In this document: one piece after another, positions 11,164-22,301 of the stretch
Layout of the letters: each line of letters starts with the position of its first letter
Numbering within the stretch: position 1 is the stretch's first letter
Sequence record: PP813861.1
Length of the DNA: 64,000 bases
Strand: one strand, 5' to 3'
Position numbers and translations under genes: made by a program
The notes under the pieces: model-generated
What the model was told of the DNA's origin: nothing
Databases searched by the model: none
The model's input: only the letters and a program-made list of their open reading frames with translations

Positions 11164-11688
11164 TCATAGTAACTTAATAATTGCTCTTGATAGTTCAATA
11201 ATATCATAGTACATTCTATCCATCTGGCGCTGATATGCTTGATGGTTAATCTGTTCAAGATATTCAGTTTGTTGCCAAATTAAGTCACGCATAGTTTCAA
11301 TAGATTTACATACATCAATAAAACTATCATTACTGTTTATAAAATATTCATCAAGGTCAATTGATTTCCTGTCGATAAACTCAGTACGACACATTTCACT
11401 AATCTTTAGATCATCTTCATTTGCAATATGATCATTTAACCTAGTTAGAGCATCTAATAAATAACCAATACTGTAATGTCTTAGATAGACAGGAACACCT
11501 ATCATCTTCCTGATGGTCAGAGTTTTTAATTCATCCAGATTAATTAATTGCCAGAAATTATTAATAGCTTTTAATCGTTCTTCACCTGAAATAATATCTT
11601 TATCTATCCGTTCTAATTCAGTTAGAAGTTGTTCTTTACCAACTTCCTTTTGGAAGCCCCGGAAATATTGAATAAGTTTCTTAAACAT
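11164..11688 (-). CDS. Hypothetical alpha-helical protein
   Basis: 174 aa with AGGA/AGGT upstream; divergent from the gene at 11768. Confidence 0.7.
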   Translation of the reverse strand: MFKKLIQYFRGFQKEVGKEQLLTELERIDKDIISGEERLKAINNFWQLINLDELKTLTIRKMIGVPVYLRHYSIGYLLDALTRLNDHIANEDDLKISEMCRTEFIDRKSIDLDEYFINSNDSFIDVCKSIETMRDLIWQQTEYLEQINHQAYQRQMDRMYYDIIELSRAIIKLL

Positions 11689-11767
11689 GATATAGGACCT
11701 ATTTTTCAGATACTTAGCATATGGTAAGTATGTTAGGTATTACTATTACTAATTAGAGGATAATAAA

Positions 11768-12283
11768 ATGTTCCATGGTGCAGATTTATCTGATGAGCCT
11801 TTAGAAAAGAAATCATCAACTACAGAAGAAAAGGTATATGCTGATCTAGAATATGAGCAGCAGATACGGTATACACAATCAGTTAAAGAGAAAGTACTAA
11901 AAGCTGTATTAGAAAATACAACTGGTAAAGTACCTACTGATAAAGAATCAGTTGATATGATTCTTAAATTAACAGATTCAATGGATAAGACAACAATTGC
12001 TAACCGTCGTATTCAAGTTGATTCTGAGGGTGCACGCTCTAACCGTGAACTTGCTGAAGGCTTTGCTGAATTCGTTAAGATGCAAATGAACCGTAATCCA
12101 TTAATACGTGATCCGAATGATGTCCCTGCAACACCACGTGAGATTCCAGATATTCCTGATGAGGAATTTGAGAATTACACTATTGAAGAAGGTGAAACTG
12201 AAATCGGTATCATCATGGAGGAATCCAATGCATTTATGGAGCGGATGGATGCTGCACGAGAAAAAGAATTAGAAAACGATTGA
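11768..12283 (+). CDS. Hypothetical protein with acidic C-terminus
   Basis: 171 aa with an AGAGGA RBS; ends at a conserved hairpin. Confidence 0.75.
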   Translation: MFHGADLSDEPLEKKSSTTEEKVYADLEYEQQIRYTQSVKEKVLKAVLENTTGKVPTDKESVDMILKLTDSMDKTTIANRRIQVDSEGARSNRELAEGFAEFVKMQMNRNPLIRDPNDVPATPREIPDIPDEEFENYTIEEGETEIGIIMEESNAFMERMDAAREKELEND

Positions 12284-12290
12284 TATTAAC

Positions 12291-12328
12291 GACATATAGC
12301 CCTCCCGTAATGGGAGGGCGTTATGCAC
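12291..12328. terminator. Bidirectional hairpin terminator, CATAA-hairpin-TTATG family
   Basis: GACATATAGCCCTCCC-GTAAT-GGGAGGGCGTTATGCAC between convergent genes. Confidence 0.8.
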
Positions 12329-13027
12329 TTAATACAAATCGATATCTAATACATCACCAACTGTATTTACGATTACTTCAACAGGTGGTAGCTCAATATT
12401 ACCAATTGATTTCTTAATAACATTCATTTGGTTAATAACTTGATTATGATCAGATGTTACTTTAAGAGCTAATAGTCCAATAGCAGTTAAACTTACGATT
12501 GCAGTTGAGTTATCTGAAATAGTTTCATATGCAGCTTTACCTACTTTCTTAATAGTTTTAAATAGAGTAGGTTTATTTTGACGAATTAGTTTTCGTTCTT
12601 TTGCTTTAGCTAGCTCATCATCAAATTCTTTATTAAAGCTACGGCGTTTACTCCAATCATAAACACCTGGTGAAACTTCTTCAAAATTGGAAGAGATTGC
12701 ACCAAAATCACTAGCATGGCTAAACATCCATTTAAAGATAAAGCGATTAGAAAGAACCCACGCCTGTAGATTAGTTTCTGCATCGTTGATTAGTTTAATA
12801 GCATCGCTTCCAGTAGCCACTTGGCCATTAGCTTTAACAAATAAAATCAGTCTTACAGTAGTACCATTGATTACTGTGTTATTCACATTTGCAATCCTGG
12901 TATAAATTTCTTTAATAATTCGCTTTTGTTTATCTAAATCAGCACCATTTAAACGAATATTAAATTGACGGTCTAATACGGCCATTGCAGTTTCCTCTAG
13001 GGTTATTGTACCTAAAGTATACTGCAT
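12329..13027 (-). CDS. Hypothetical early protein with a predicted C-proximal transmembrane helix
   Basis: 232 aa with the hydrophobic segment TAIVSLTAIGLLAL; downstream of a TATATTAC motif. Confidence 0.7.
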   Translation of the reverse strand: MQYTLGTITLEETAMAVLDRQFNIRLNGADLDKQKRIIKEIYTRIANVNNTVINGTTVRLILFVKANGQVATGSDAIKLINDAETNLQAWVLSNRFIFKWMFSHASDFGAISSNFEEVSPGVYDWSKRRSFNKEFDDELAKAKERKLIRQNKPTLFKTIKKVGKAAYETISDNSTAIVSLTAIGLLALKVTSDHNQVINQMNVIKKSIGNIELPPVEVIVNTVGDVLDIDLY

Positions 13028-13034
13028 GACCGTA

Positions 13035-13463
13035 TTATTTTAATTTTTTACATGCTTTATAAAACCGTGTACCAACGTACAAAATAAACCCGCCAATAAC
13101 AGCAACTGATGTGATTGTTTCCAGCGGCATGCGCTTAGCGGGTTCTTCAATTGGTACTGTAACAGCTGGTAATTCAATTCTTTTCTCAATAACTTTTTTA
13201 CCAGTTAACTTATAATAAACATCTGGTTCTAATGTTATCGATTCAAGAATCTGATTACTACATGGATAGCGTGTGACGCCTCCATGTCCATCTGCAACAT
13301 AGAAGCTGAATGTATCGCCTACACGATGTAAGTCAACCACACTACCCATATATGTCATATGAGCTGGATAGAGTTCTGCCTTGACCTTTCCATCGTTGAA
13401 TAAGTCAATGACGGAACTCTTCTTTAGCTCACCCATTAAGTTTGCTAAAGTGAATGCCGCCAT
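13035..13463 (-). CDS. Hypothetical early protein, tail-anchored membrane candidate
   Basis: 142 aa with C-terminal ITSVAVIGGFILYVG followed by basic residues. Confidence 0.7.
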   Translation of the reverse strand: MAAFTLANLMGELKKSSVIDLFNDGKVKAELYPAHMTYMGSVVDLHRVGDTFSFYVADGHGGVTRYPCSNQILESITLEPDVYYKLTGKKVIEKRIELPAVTVPIEEPAKRMPLETITSVAVIGGFILYVGTRFYKACKKLK

Positions 13464-13481
13464 TAGCGATAACCCTATTAT

Positions 13482-13688
13482 TTAATCGACTTGTTGAGCA
13501 CTATCATCAATATCGATTTTATCTAGCTCATCAGTTAGAATATCTACTTCACTGTCTAGTACCGTATCATCATCAGCTACGGTGTCATCAATAACGGTTG
13601 ATTTAGAAACGGCCTTATATAGATTAATAGCGGCAACAGCGAGGGCACCAGTTGAGATAATTGCAGCTGCGATCTTTAGTACTTTCAT
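13482..13688 (-). CDS. Small early protein with an N-terminal membrane anchor and acidic tail
   Basis: 68 aa: MKVLKIAAAIISTGALAVAAINLY then an Asp-rich tail; AGGA RBS. Confidence 0.7.
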   Translation of the reverse strand: MKVLKIAAAIISTGALAVAAINLYKAVSKSTVIDDTVADDDTVLDSEVDILTDELDKIDIDDSAQQVD

Positions 13689-13743
13689 TTTCTATTTTCC
13701 TAATCATTAAGTTTTAATAAGTATCCAATATAGATACATGTCT

Positions 13744-13751
13744 GTAATATA
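13744..13751 (-). promoter_or_regulatory. phiKZ early promoter motif TATATTAC
   Basis: Exact TATATTAC on the minus strand in context TTTAAGATCTATATTAC, about 55 nt upstream of the 68-aa gene. Confidence 0.7.
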
Positions 13752-13797
13752 GATCTTAAACTTTTTTTAGTGTAATAAAAAAATTAATGCGATATAA

Positions 13798-13819
13798 ACC
13801 CCCTCCCGAAGGAGAGGGT
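13798..13819 (-). terminator. Intrinsic terminator with UUCG loop
   Basis: Minus strand ACCCTCTCC-TTCG-GGAGGGGGT, with one G-U pair valid only on the minus RNA, followed by TTATA. Confidence 0.7.
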
Positions 13820-13829
13820 AATATGTATA

Positions 13830-14225
13830 TCAGTATTCCATCGAAGTTAATACTCGATAATGATCTAATAGTAAATCAATAACAGAGTAAAAAGAATCAC
13901 AGTTGAATTGCGTATCTATATTTGCAGATACTCCAGTAATACGATTGATAATATGGAGACACTTAATATCTCCACCACGTTGTCTGATAAAAACAACTGC
14001 CCACACTGGCCACGTACTATCTGGTGTGGTGTCTTGAATAACTAATCTGTAATACCCATCATTTACTGTTTCAATGGATGCTTGGATTGGATCATCTGTA
14101 TAAGCCGATTCTACTTGAACATATTGATCATTATAATAAAACATTTCCTTAATAAGTTTAGCACAGGCATGTAATGTCTCCATTACCTTAGCTGAACTAT
14201 TTGGATTATATTGTTGATTAAACAT
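13830..14225 (-). CDS. Hypothetical early protein
   Basis: 131 aa with a GAGG RBS; has its own TATATTAC motif and terminator. Confidence 0.75.
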   Translation of the reverse strand: MFNQQYNPNSSAKVMETLHACAKLIKEMFYYNDQYVQVESAYTDDPIQASIETVNDGYYRLVIQDTTPDSTWPVWAVVFIRQRGGDIKCLHIINRITGVSANIDTQFNCDSFYSVIDLLLDHYRVLTSMEY

Positions 14226-14259
14226 GTCATTAACCTCTTAAGATATTGTATGCATAGTA

Positions 14260-14267
14260 GTAATATA
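14260..14267 (-). promoter_or_regulatory. phiKZ early promoter motif TATATTAC
   Basis: Exact TATATTAC on the minus strand in context ATTAAGATATATATTAC; shares TAAGATnTATATTAC with the 13744 site. Confidence 0.7.
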
Positions 14268-14316
14268 TATCTTAATTATTTTTTAGTGTAGTTGTGAAAA
14301 CTTAGAGGAATATACG

Positions 14317-14493
14317 ATGCCTAGTAAAAGTAAAAAACAACATAACTTCATGGCTGCTGTAGCCAATGATAAGAAGTTTGCTAAGAAAGTTGGTGTACCA
14401 CAATCAGTTGGTAAAGACTTTGTTGAGGCTGATAAAAATAAAAAGAGTTTTGAAAGTGTTTCACTTAATAGCACTTATAAAGATAGTTACTAA
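14317..14493 (+). CDS. Small basic protein (58 aa), absent from the ORF track
   Basis: Hand translation gives MPSKSKKQHNFMAAVANDKKFAKKVGVPQSVGKDFVEADKNKKSFESVSLNSTYKDSY. AGAGGA RBS; the stop is immediately followed by a convergent-type hairpin. Confidence 0.75.
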   Translation: MPSKSKKQHNFMAAVANDKKFAKKVGVPQSVGKDFVEADKNKKSFESVSLNSTYKDSY

Positions 14494-14494
14494 T

Positions 14495-14528
14495 ATAATG
14501 CCCTCCCATTGCGGGAGGGCTTATGTTG
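14495..14528. terminator. Bidirectional hairpin terminator, CATAA-hairpin-TTATG family
   Basis: ATAATGCCCTCCC-ATTGC-GGGAGGGCTTATGTTG between the 58-aa gene and sbcC. Confidence 0.8.
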
Positions 14529-14535
14529 CTTATAA

Positions 14536-17028
14536 TTATTTTAATACTAGATTTTTATTAAATACTTCTGGAGTACTAATATTAGCTGGATCAAGTACAA
14601 TAAATTCAGCTTGGTTAAATGCACCGTGTGTTGATTCAAAGTGGCTGATGAAGAACACTTGATTAACAATGCCATTTTCAATTAACCTGTTAATGAATGG
14701 AATAGCATTGGCTCGATGTTGTTCATCAAAAGTCCTGCTAAATTCATCTAAGAAAAGGGGCATGTCATCTAGATGTAAAAATTTCAAGATAGCCATTCTA
14801 AAAGCAAAATCAACAATCTCTAATTGTGAGTCAGACCCGTATTCAATGTCCGGTGGCTGAACATCGCCACCTGCAATATGCATTGGGAACTTATAATCCA
14901 TGCCATCTTTGTCAACATTAGAAGGTAATACTTCTAACCTATAAGTCCAAATCTCATTGATGTATGCATTTACTAGTTTAACTACTCCTTGTAAGAAACC
15001 TAATAAATAACGACCAAGAATACCACTTTTTGGCGATAGTGCTTTTTCAAGAATAGCTAAATCAGTAGCCATTTGTTGTGCATGGTTAACTTCTGATTCT
15101 AAAACTTTAATACGTTCTTCATGACGTTCCATTTCACTTAAACGGCTATGTACACTAGATAGTTCTAAGTTAACAGCATCAATCTCCGCTTGGTATGCCT
15201 TATCTACAAAGTTGTCAGCTGTATCCACTATCTTTTTAATAAACTGCTCCCACCGTTCAATAAAAGAATGATACTTATCTTCCCATTCACGAATAGCATT
15301 ACCAGCTTTATTGAAATGAGCTGCTTTTCTTTGTAAGTCAGTTGCTACATGTGTTTTATTATTAATTTCAGTTTCTAGTGCAGTTGTACGTGCCTTAATG
15401 AATCCTAATGCATCTTGATCCATCTCAGCAATAACACGTAGTCGTTGAGCTAATAAAGTAGCTTCCGCATGAGCTTGCTTAGAGACAATGAGTTGCTGCA
15501 TTGCATCTCGCCAGTCTAATGCATCATTTATATATTTTGCTGGTGTGCGATACATTACGATATGCTCAGCTACATAGTTCCATAGCGTATCAAATTCATT
15601 ATACTCTTTCGTTAATTGAACGTAGCCATGTACATAACTTACATATTCATTGAAATCAGTCATGTACTGTTCAAGAACCTTGATCTCATTTGAACAGCTA
15701 TCCATTGCTTCGTCTAACTTAGCTTTGCGCTCTTCTGCTATTGTGATATCTTGTTCACTAACACCAGGTTTAAATGAATGAGTGCACGATGGACAAATAA
15801 TAGATGCGCATTCCTTAAATGAATTTAGGCGTTGATTAATTTGTAAATACATGCCTTCCATGGTTGAGTATTTACTTTTTAATTCTTTTAGCCTTTCTGC
15901 ATTTTTAATAGCAGTTTCTTTACTTAAGTAACCATTCTCATTATTAGGAAATGTAGTGAGAAGTTTGATCCAACGATCTGAGAGATCAGTAAGTTTACCA
16001 GATGGATCACCGTTAACAGAAATGTCAACCAAAGGAAATCTACCGGTATACTTCTTATATTTACTAATAGCTTCTTCAGCAATGCGTGTATGATGTTCAT
16101 GTCTGTCCTTAAGTTCTTGTATTTCTTCTGGAGACATACGTTCAGCTGTATTCGGATTAGAGCTTTTTAATTCTTCTAATTCTTCAACTAAACGTGCAAT
16201 AACTGCTTGTATAGATTTATATTCTTCAATCTTCTTATTATTTAGTTCTAAGAAAGATTCATACCCATCTACTTTAACTTGAATAGGTAACATTGGAAAT
16301 GACATTAACAATGAACGAGCTTCATCTAAGATAGAATCTAATTCTTTACGTGCAGTGGTTTCATCTCTAAAATGAAGGACACCTTTCTTATCACGTGTTT
16401 TATAAAGTAAATCAATACGGCTGACTAACCGTTGTTTCACTTCTTTTAACTGTGTCATTTCCGAATCATTTAATACTCCATGGTGTTCTGTGACCAATCG
16501 CTTATTAATTGTTTTAACAGTACCCTGCTGGTTAGATAATTCTTTACGTACTTTGTTATAAACATTAAATGCATAATCAAGGTTAACTACAGACATCCTA
16601 GTTAACCATGCTTTACGTTCATTAGGTTTTAACTTTGTAAAACGCATCTTACCTGTCAACATTTCATGCAGTTCTCGGTTTAACCCGAAATGCGCCATTA
16701 CAAGTTCTTCTTGTTCTTTAAAGGTATGACCACTATTTAATTCTTCATCATTACATAAAAAGGAATGATGTCCAGTGCCACGGTTATATTTAGAAATTAA
16801 TTTATAGTCTTTACCATTTGCATGACAATGGAAATGTTTCTCGCCACCTTGCTTGAAGTTTGAACTGCTAGATACAACAGGTGTCAGTTCACTAATAATA
16901 GATGATTTGCCAGAACCATTACTACCAAGTATAACCATCATCTGTTTGCTTGGAGTCCATTCAAAATAATGTGTATTATTGGCCATCAACCTAGTATAGC
17001 CAATTAGCTTAAGTAGCTTGATCTGCAT
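14536..17028 (-). CDS. sbcC: SbcC/Rad50-like SMC ATPase (phiKZ gp165-like)
   Basis: Walker A GSNGSGKS, long coiled coils, central zinc hook CPSC, Walker B LFLDE, H-loop ISH. Confidence 0.9.
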   Translation of the reverse strand: MQIKLLKLIGYTRLMANNTHYFEWTPSKQMMVILGSNGSGKSSIISELTPVVSSSSNFKQGGEKHFHCHANGKDYKLISKYNRGTGHHSFLCNDEELNSGHTFKEQEELVMAHFGLNRELHEMLTGKMRFTKLKPNERKAWLTRMSVVNLDYAFNVYNKVRKELSNQQGTVKTINKRLVTEHHGVLNDSEMTQLKEVKQRLVSRIDLLYKTRDKKGVLHFRDETTARKELDSILDEARSLLMSFPMLPIQVKVDGYESFLELNNKKIEEYKSIQAVIARLVEELEELKSSNPNTAERMSPEEIQELKDRHEHHTRIAEEAISKYKKYTGRFPLVDISVNGDPSGKLTDLSDRWIKLLTTFPNNENGYLSKETAIKNAERLKELKSKYSTMEGMYLQINQRLNSFKECASIICPSCTHSFKPGVSEQDITIAEERKAKLDEAMDSCSNEIKVLEQYMTDFNEYVSYVHGYVQLTKEYNEFDTLWNYVAEHIVMYRTPAKYINDALDWRDAMQQLIVSKQAHAEATLLAQRLRVIAEMDQDALGFIKARTTALETEINNKTHVATDLQRKAAHFNKAGNAIREWEDKYHSFIERWEQFIKKIVDTADNFVDKAYQAEIDAVNLELSSVHSRLSEMERHEERIKVLESEVNHAQQMATDLAILEKALSPKSGILGRYLLGFLQGVVKLVNAYINEIWTYRLEVLPSNVDKDGMDYKFPMHIAGGDVQPPDIEYGSDSQLEIVDFAFRMAILKFLHLDDMPLFLDEFSRTFDEQHRANAIPFINRLIENGIVNQVFFISHFESTHGAFNQAEFIVLDPANISTPEVFNKNLVLK

Positions 17029-17077
17029 GATTAACCCTTAATAATGTCTTACTCTATAGAGTTAATAACCCTAGTAA

Positions 17078-18250
<1,173 letters not shown>

Positions 18251-18253
18251 AGA

Positions 18254-18290
18254 ACATAATGCCCTCCCACTATGGGAGGGCTTATGCTGT
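18254..18290. terminator. Bidirectional hairpin terminator, CATAA-hairpin-TTATG family
   Basis: ACATAATGCCCTCCC-ACTAT-GGGAGGGCTTATGCTGT between convergent genes. Confidence 0.8.
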
Positions 18291-19477
18291 TAAATACCTT
18301 CATTCTCATAATGAGTAATGCAGTGACTAACAAATGTTAACCAGACTTTAAGAGTTACTGCTAACCAATGGGTGTAGTTACCAACAGGTTCTGCTAATTT
18401 TCGGGATATCTCAGCGAGCATATTAATTGCCTCGCCATTTGCCCTTCCCAATAACTCACTACGTTCAGCTAGCTGTCGAATTGAATCATCTACAACTACC
18501 TTAACTGTTTTATATTCTACTTCGCCTTGTTTAGCACGTTCAGCGATCGTTAAAATATTAGCAATACCAGTTACAATATCACTTAGCGTAGTTACAGAAG
18601 GTACTTCTATATCTCGTTCAGTGCTATCAATTGCATTGATTTGTAACTCTGTAAATTCCATTGTAAATGTATTGCGAACCATTTCTAGTGCAGATTGTTT
18701 ATTAGTAACTGATGTAGCTATATGGTCAGCATCAGTATAAACAAATGCACGATTAGCTGGTAAAATATAACTTCTATGGGTACCAGTAGAAGTAGTCTCA
18801 CCTTTCTTTAATGGCTCATCCCCTGGCGGCGCTTTAAAATCACGACGCACTATATCGGCAAAAGATTGTAATAACTCATCAATGATTTCTGTAGTGGTAT
18901 CTTCGCCTTGATTATCTAAGATATTCAATGCTTGTCTACTAATATTTCGAGCAATATTAGAAGTCATTTTAGGATAAGTCATTAAAATATAATTAGTGAC
19001 TTCTTTGATATCTAAAAGATTATCTGGTCGATCACCAATGAATTCACCGTTAATAGATAATCGCTGTAAACCAGAAACAGTCAATCGAGTATTAGTCGTA
19101 CGATTACCTAGTTTTGCAAGTCGCCTAGATAATTTTTGCTGTGTTTTACGCACATGTGAAATACTGCCAGTAAACTTGACGTAGAATGCCGTGAGTGTTT
19201 CGATTACCATCCGCACAATATCTCGTGCAGCCTTAGCAGCTCGAACTAATGCATCTTTTAAAGCACGTAGTGTAATTATACCGCCTTCTTTTATGGAGAA
19301 GGCGGGATCGATACTTTCTAAAGCAAATGACATCGCTTTAGACAGGTCTTCAGATGCTACGTCACGTCCATCTAGCAGATCTTGATAACGAGCTAATCGA
19401 TGGCGATATGCTTCAACAGAAACAATAGCCTCTTTGAGTTCATTATTGGTAATTAATAGTTCTGCATATGTGGACAT
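18290..19477 (-). CDS. Internal head (inner body) protein, phiKZ gp163-like
   Basis: 395 aa with a propeptide ending at SFALES, then L..A....R..V...IE helices like its neighbour; tandem paralogue of the gp162-like gene. Confidence 0.75.
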   Translation of the reverse strand: MSTYAELLITNNELKEAIVSVEAYRHRLARYQDLLDGRDVASEDLSKAMSFALESIDPAFSIKEGGIITLRALKDALVRAAKAARDIVRMVIETLTAFYVKFTGSISHVRKTQQKLSRRLAKLGNRTTNTRLTVSGLQRLSINGEFIGDRPDNLLDIKEVTNYILMTYPKMTSNIARNISRQALNILDNQGEDTTTEIIDELLQSFADIVRRDFKAPPGDEPLKKGETTSTGTHRSYILPANRAFVYTDADHIATSVTNKQSALEMVRNTFTMEFTELQINAIDSTERDIEVPSVTTLSDIVTGIANILTIAERAKQGEVEYKTVKVVVDDSIRQLAERSELLGRANGEAINMLAEISRKLAEPVGNYTHWLAVTLKVWLTFVSHCITHYENEGI

Positions 19478-19486
19478 TATGTTTAC

Positions 19487-21055
19487 CTATTCAGTTTCCT
19501 TGATTTCACTATCAACTAGTTTCTCAAGTACGGTGATCCAGATCATCACACATTTAAACAGATCATTACTAGCTTCAGTGGTGCCAGTTAGATAAGCCTT
19601 ACCAACATTGGTTGCTTCTTTATCAGTCATCTGTGCAATGATTTCAGCAGTTGACTCTTTAGAGATACCGCGAATATTATTTAGATGATTTAGGAGGTTA
19701 TGAACTGCTTTTAGCTGAGCCATAACAACATTCTTATCAACTAATAGTTCAACAGTAATTCCATAGTTGGGTTTACCCGGTGCATCAAGAATGGAGAAGT
19801 CTACCGCAGCTTTGTCTTTACCAAAGGTATAAACACGATTACCGGGCACAACCGGGCTAGCATATCGGACACCATTAGCATTAATTTTGGTAGCTGTTCC
19901 AAACATACCTTTAGCTAAAGCCAGTGCTTTATCATCAGTTGTTTTTCCAGCTAAGGCTGCTTTAAGAGCACGCAGTCCATTCTTTTCAATGCTGTCAAAT
20001 AGATTACGGATTACAGTAACCCCCTGAACAGGGTCTACACCAACCCAACTCTCACCAGTGTCACCTAGAATCAGATCGCGTGGAATTGCGATAGTACGAA
20101 CTTCATCGGGTAGTTCATTCTCTTTAACGCGTTTCATGATCTTATTAACGCGTTCTATTTGATTACTGACATTCTGGCGAATACGTTGATAAGTTTCTAC
20201 AACAATGCGAATTAGCTTCTTAATGAAATCTAATGCAACAGTAGATACTTCTTTTGCTTTAGCTTGTAGATTATCTAATACTTCAATAGAAGCTTTAGGC
20301 CGAGTTAGCGGTGATATAAAGGATTCCATTGATGGCACAGTGTTATTAAAATATTTATAGTCAAATGACTCTAGCGCGATGCTAATAGCTTTAGCTAGAT
20401 CATGATCGACATCATGCCCGCGATGATGGCGGTTACTAACTAAACCAATATAGTTTTCTAATGCAGTTTGAACAGATTCTACTTTAGTCAGTTCATTTAC
20501 AATTGTAAACATTTCAACTGATAATGATTCTAGATGATCATCTAGTTCACCAGTGATGATATCTTCAGTAGTTTCCAGTAGTGCGGTGGCATCATAGCCA
20601 TGGTCTAGCTGCTCAGTCTCATTGGCTTCCATAATAGAAATGTCTTCATTCGATGGGACATCTGCAATTTGGTGTGGTTTTTTGGTACTAACATTAAGAT
20701 CTTTAGTATCACTTACTTTAGTGATCATTTCATCAGCTGTTTCAGTGATTTCGTTTTCAACACGATCACCTTTAGCTACTTGGAATTCTTTTAGCCCTTG
20801 ACTAACATGAATCTTCTTATCATTGATCTTATCAGCAGTTCCATCAACATCTGGACCTTTGCATACGTCAATTGGGGTATTGGTAACGACATTGGTAACT
20901 TCATCACATGGATTTACTTTACCATCTTCATCATCTTTTAATTGTTCTGGTAATTCTTTACCAACATCAAGATTGACATTCTTATCTTCAGCATCAGAAA
21001 CGCGCTCAAGACTTGCAAAGAAATCCATTGCGGGAACTGTTTTTTTCTTAGCCAT
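19487..21055 (-). CDS. Internal head (inner body) protein, phiKZ gp162-like
   Basis: 522 aa with a long acidic propeptide and several S/A-x-E sites (ASLE, LSVE, IALE, PSME); the mature domain resembles the gp163-like protein. Confidence 0.78.
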   Translation of the reverse strand: MAKKKTVPAMDFFASLERVSDAEDKNVNLDVGKELPEQLKDDEDGKVNPCDEVTNVVTNTPIDVCKGPDVDGTADKINDKKIHVSQGLKEFQVAKGDRVENEITETADEMITKVSDTKDLNVSTKKPHQIADVPSNEDISIMEANETEQLDHGYDATALLETTEDIITGELDDHLESLSVEMFTIVNELTKVESVQTALENYIGLVSNRHHRGHDVDHDLAKAISIALESFDYKYFNNTVPSMESFISPLTRPKASIEVLDNLQAKAKEVSTVALDFIKKLIRIVVETYQRIRQNVSNQIERVNKIMKRVKENELPDEVRTIAIPRDLILGDTGESWVGVDPVQGVTVIRNLFDSIEKNGLRALKAALAGKTTDDKALALAKGMFGTATKINANGVRYASPVVPGNRVYTFGKDKAAVDFSILDAPGKPNYGITVELLVDKNVVMAQLKAVHNLLNHLNNIRGISKESTAEIIAQMTDKEATNVGKAYLTGTTEASNDLFKCVMIWITVLEKLVDSEIKETE

Positions 21056-21090
21056 TTTAAAACTCCGGAGTATTAAAGTTCATAAGGTTG

Positions 21091-21750
<660 letters not shown>

Positions 21751-21792
21751 TCATTCAATTGAGCACTATAGTTACTTTAAGACGAAATAATA

Positions 21793-21818
21793 GCGGATCC
21801 GCTTTAAAGCAGATCCGC
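21793..21818 (-). terminator. Intrinsic terminator built from a 16-nt tandem repeat
   Basis: Minus strand GCGGATCTGCT-TTAA-AGCGGATCCGC (11 bp, one G-U pair) followed by TATTATTT. Confidence 0.7.
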
Positions 21819-21824
21819 TTTAAA

Positions 21825-22298
21825 TTAAAATGCTTGACCAGGACAAACCCAAATATAATCGCCAGTTGTTTGGCCATTAGGTCTGACTAATATAAATCTT
21901 TGTCCAACCGTACCGCGCACAGAAGCATCTTCAAATGGAAAACCTCTAGGTATAACTAATTTACCATCTTTGTCTTGTGCCCAAAAACTTAATGAGTTCC
22001 TAGTCTCTGCGCCATTAATAGGATCTTTTTCATAGAAACTTAATACGAAAGTAAATCCATTCGGCAATGACGCATTGTATTTAATAACAGTGCCAATGAA
22101 TGTAGGCGTTGTCGGCGATGATACATATCCATCTTCTTCTTTAAAGATAATGTTAGTATCAAAATAATCTTTAACATCTAGTAGATTATAAATAACATCA
22201 TCTCCATAAAGAGGGTGTTTCATTTTTAATGGATATTTATTTATTGTTGTGTAAAATGCACCAGGAATGAAATTATCACATTTAGATGTATCTGCCAT
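21825..22298 (-). CDS. Hypothetical protein, possibly tail-associated
   Basis: 157 aa, beta-rich; last gene of the 25046-21825 operon. Confidence 0.65.
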   Translation of the reverse strand: MADTSKCDNFIPGAFYTTINKYPLKMKHPLYGDDVIYNLLDVKDYFDTNIIFKEEDGYVSSPTTPTFIGTVIKYNASLPNGFTFVLSFYEKDPINGAETRNSLSFWAQDKDGKLVIPRGFPFEDASVRGTVGQRFILVRPNGQTTGDYIWVCPGQAF

Positions 22299-22301
22299 GA
22301 T

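Noticed and set aside
14366-14662. 98-aa plus-strand ORF from the track
   Set aside because: It runs through the terminator hairpin into antisense sbcC. The 58-aa ORF in another frame has the RBS and stops at the hairpin.
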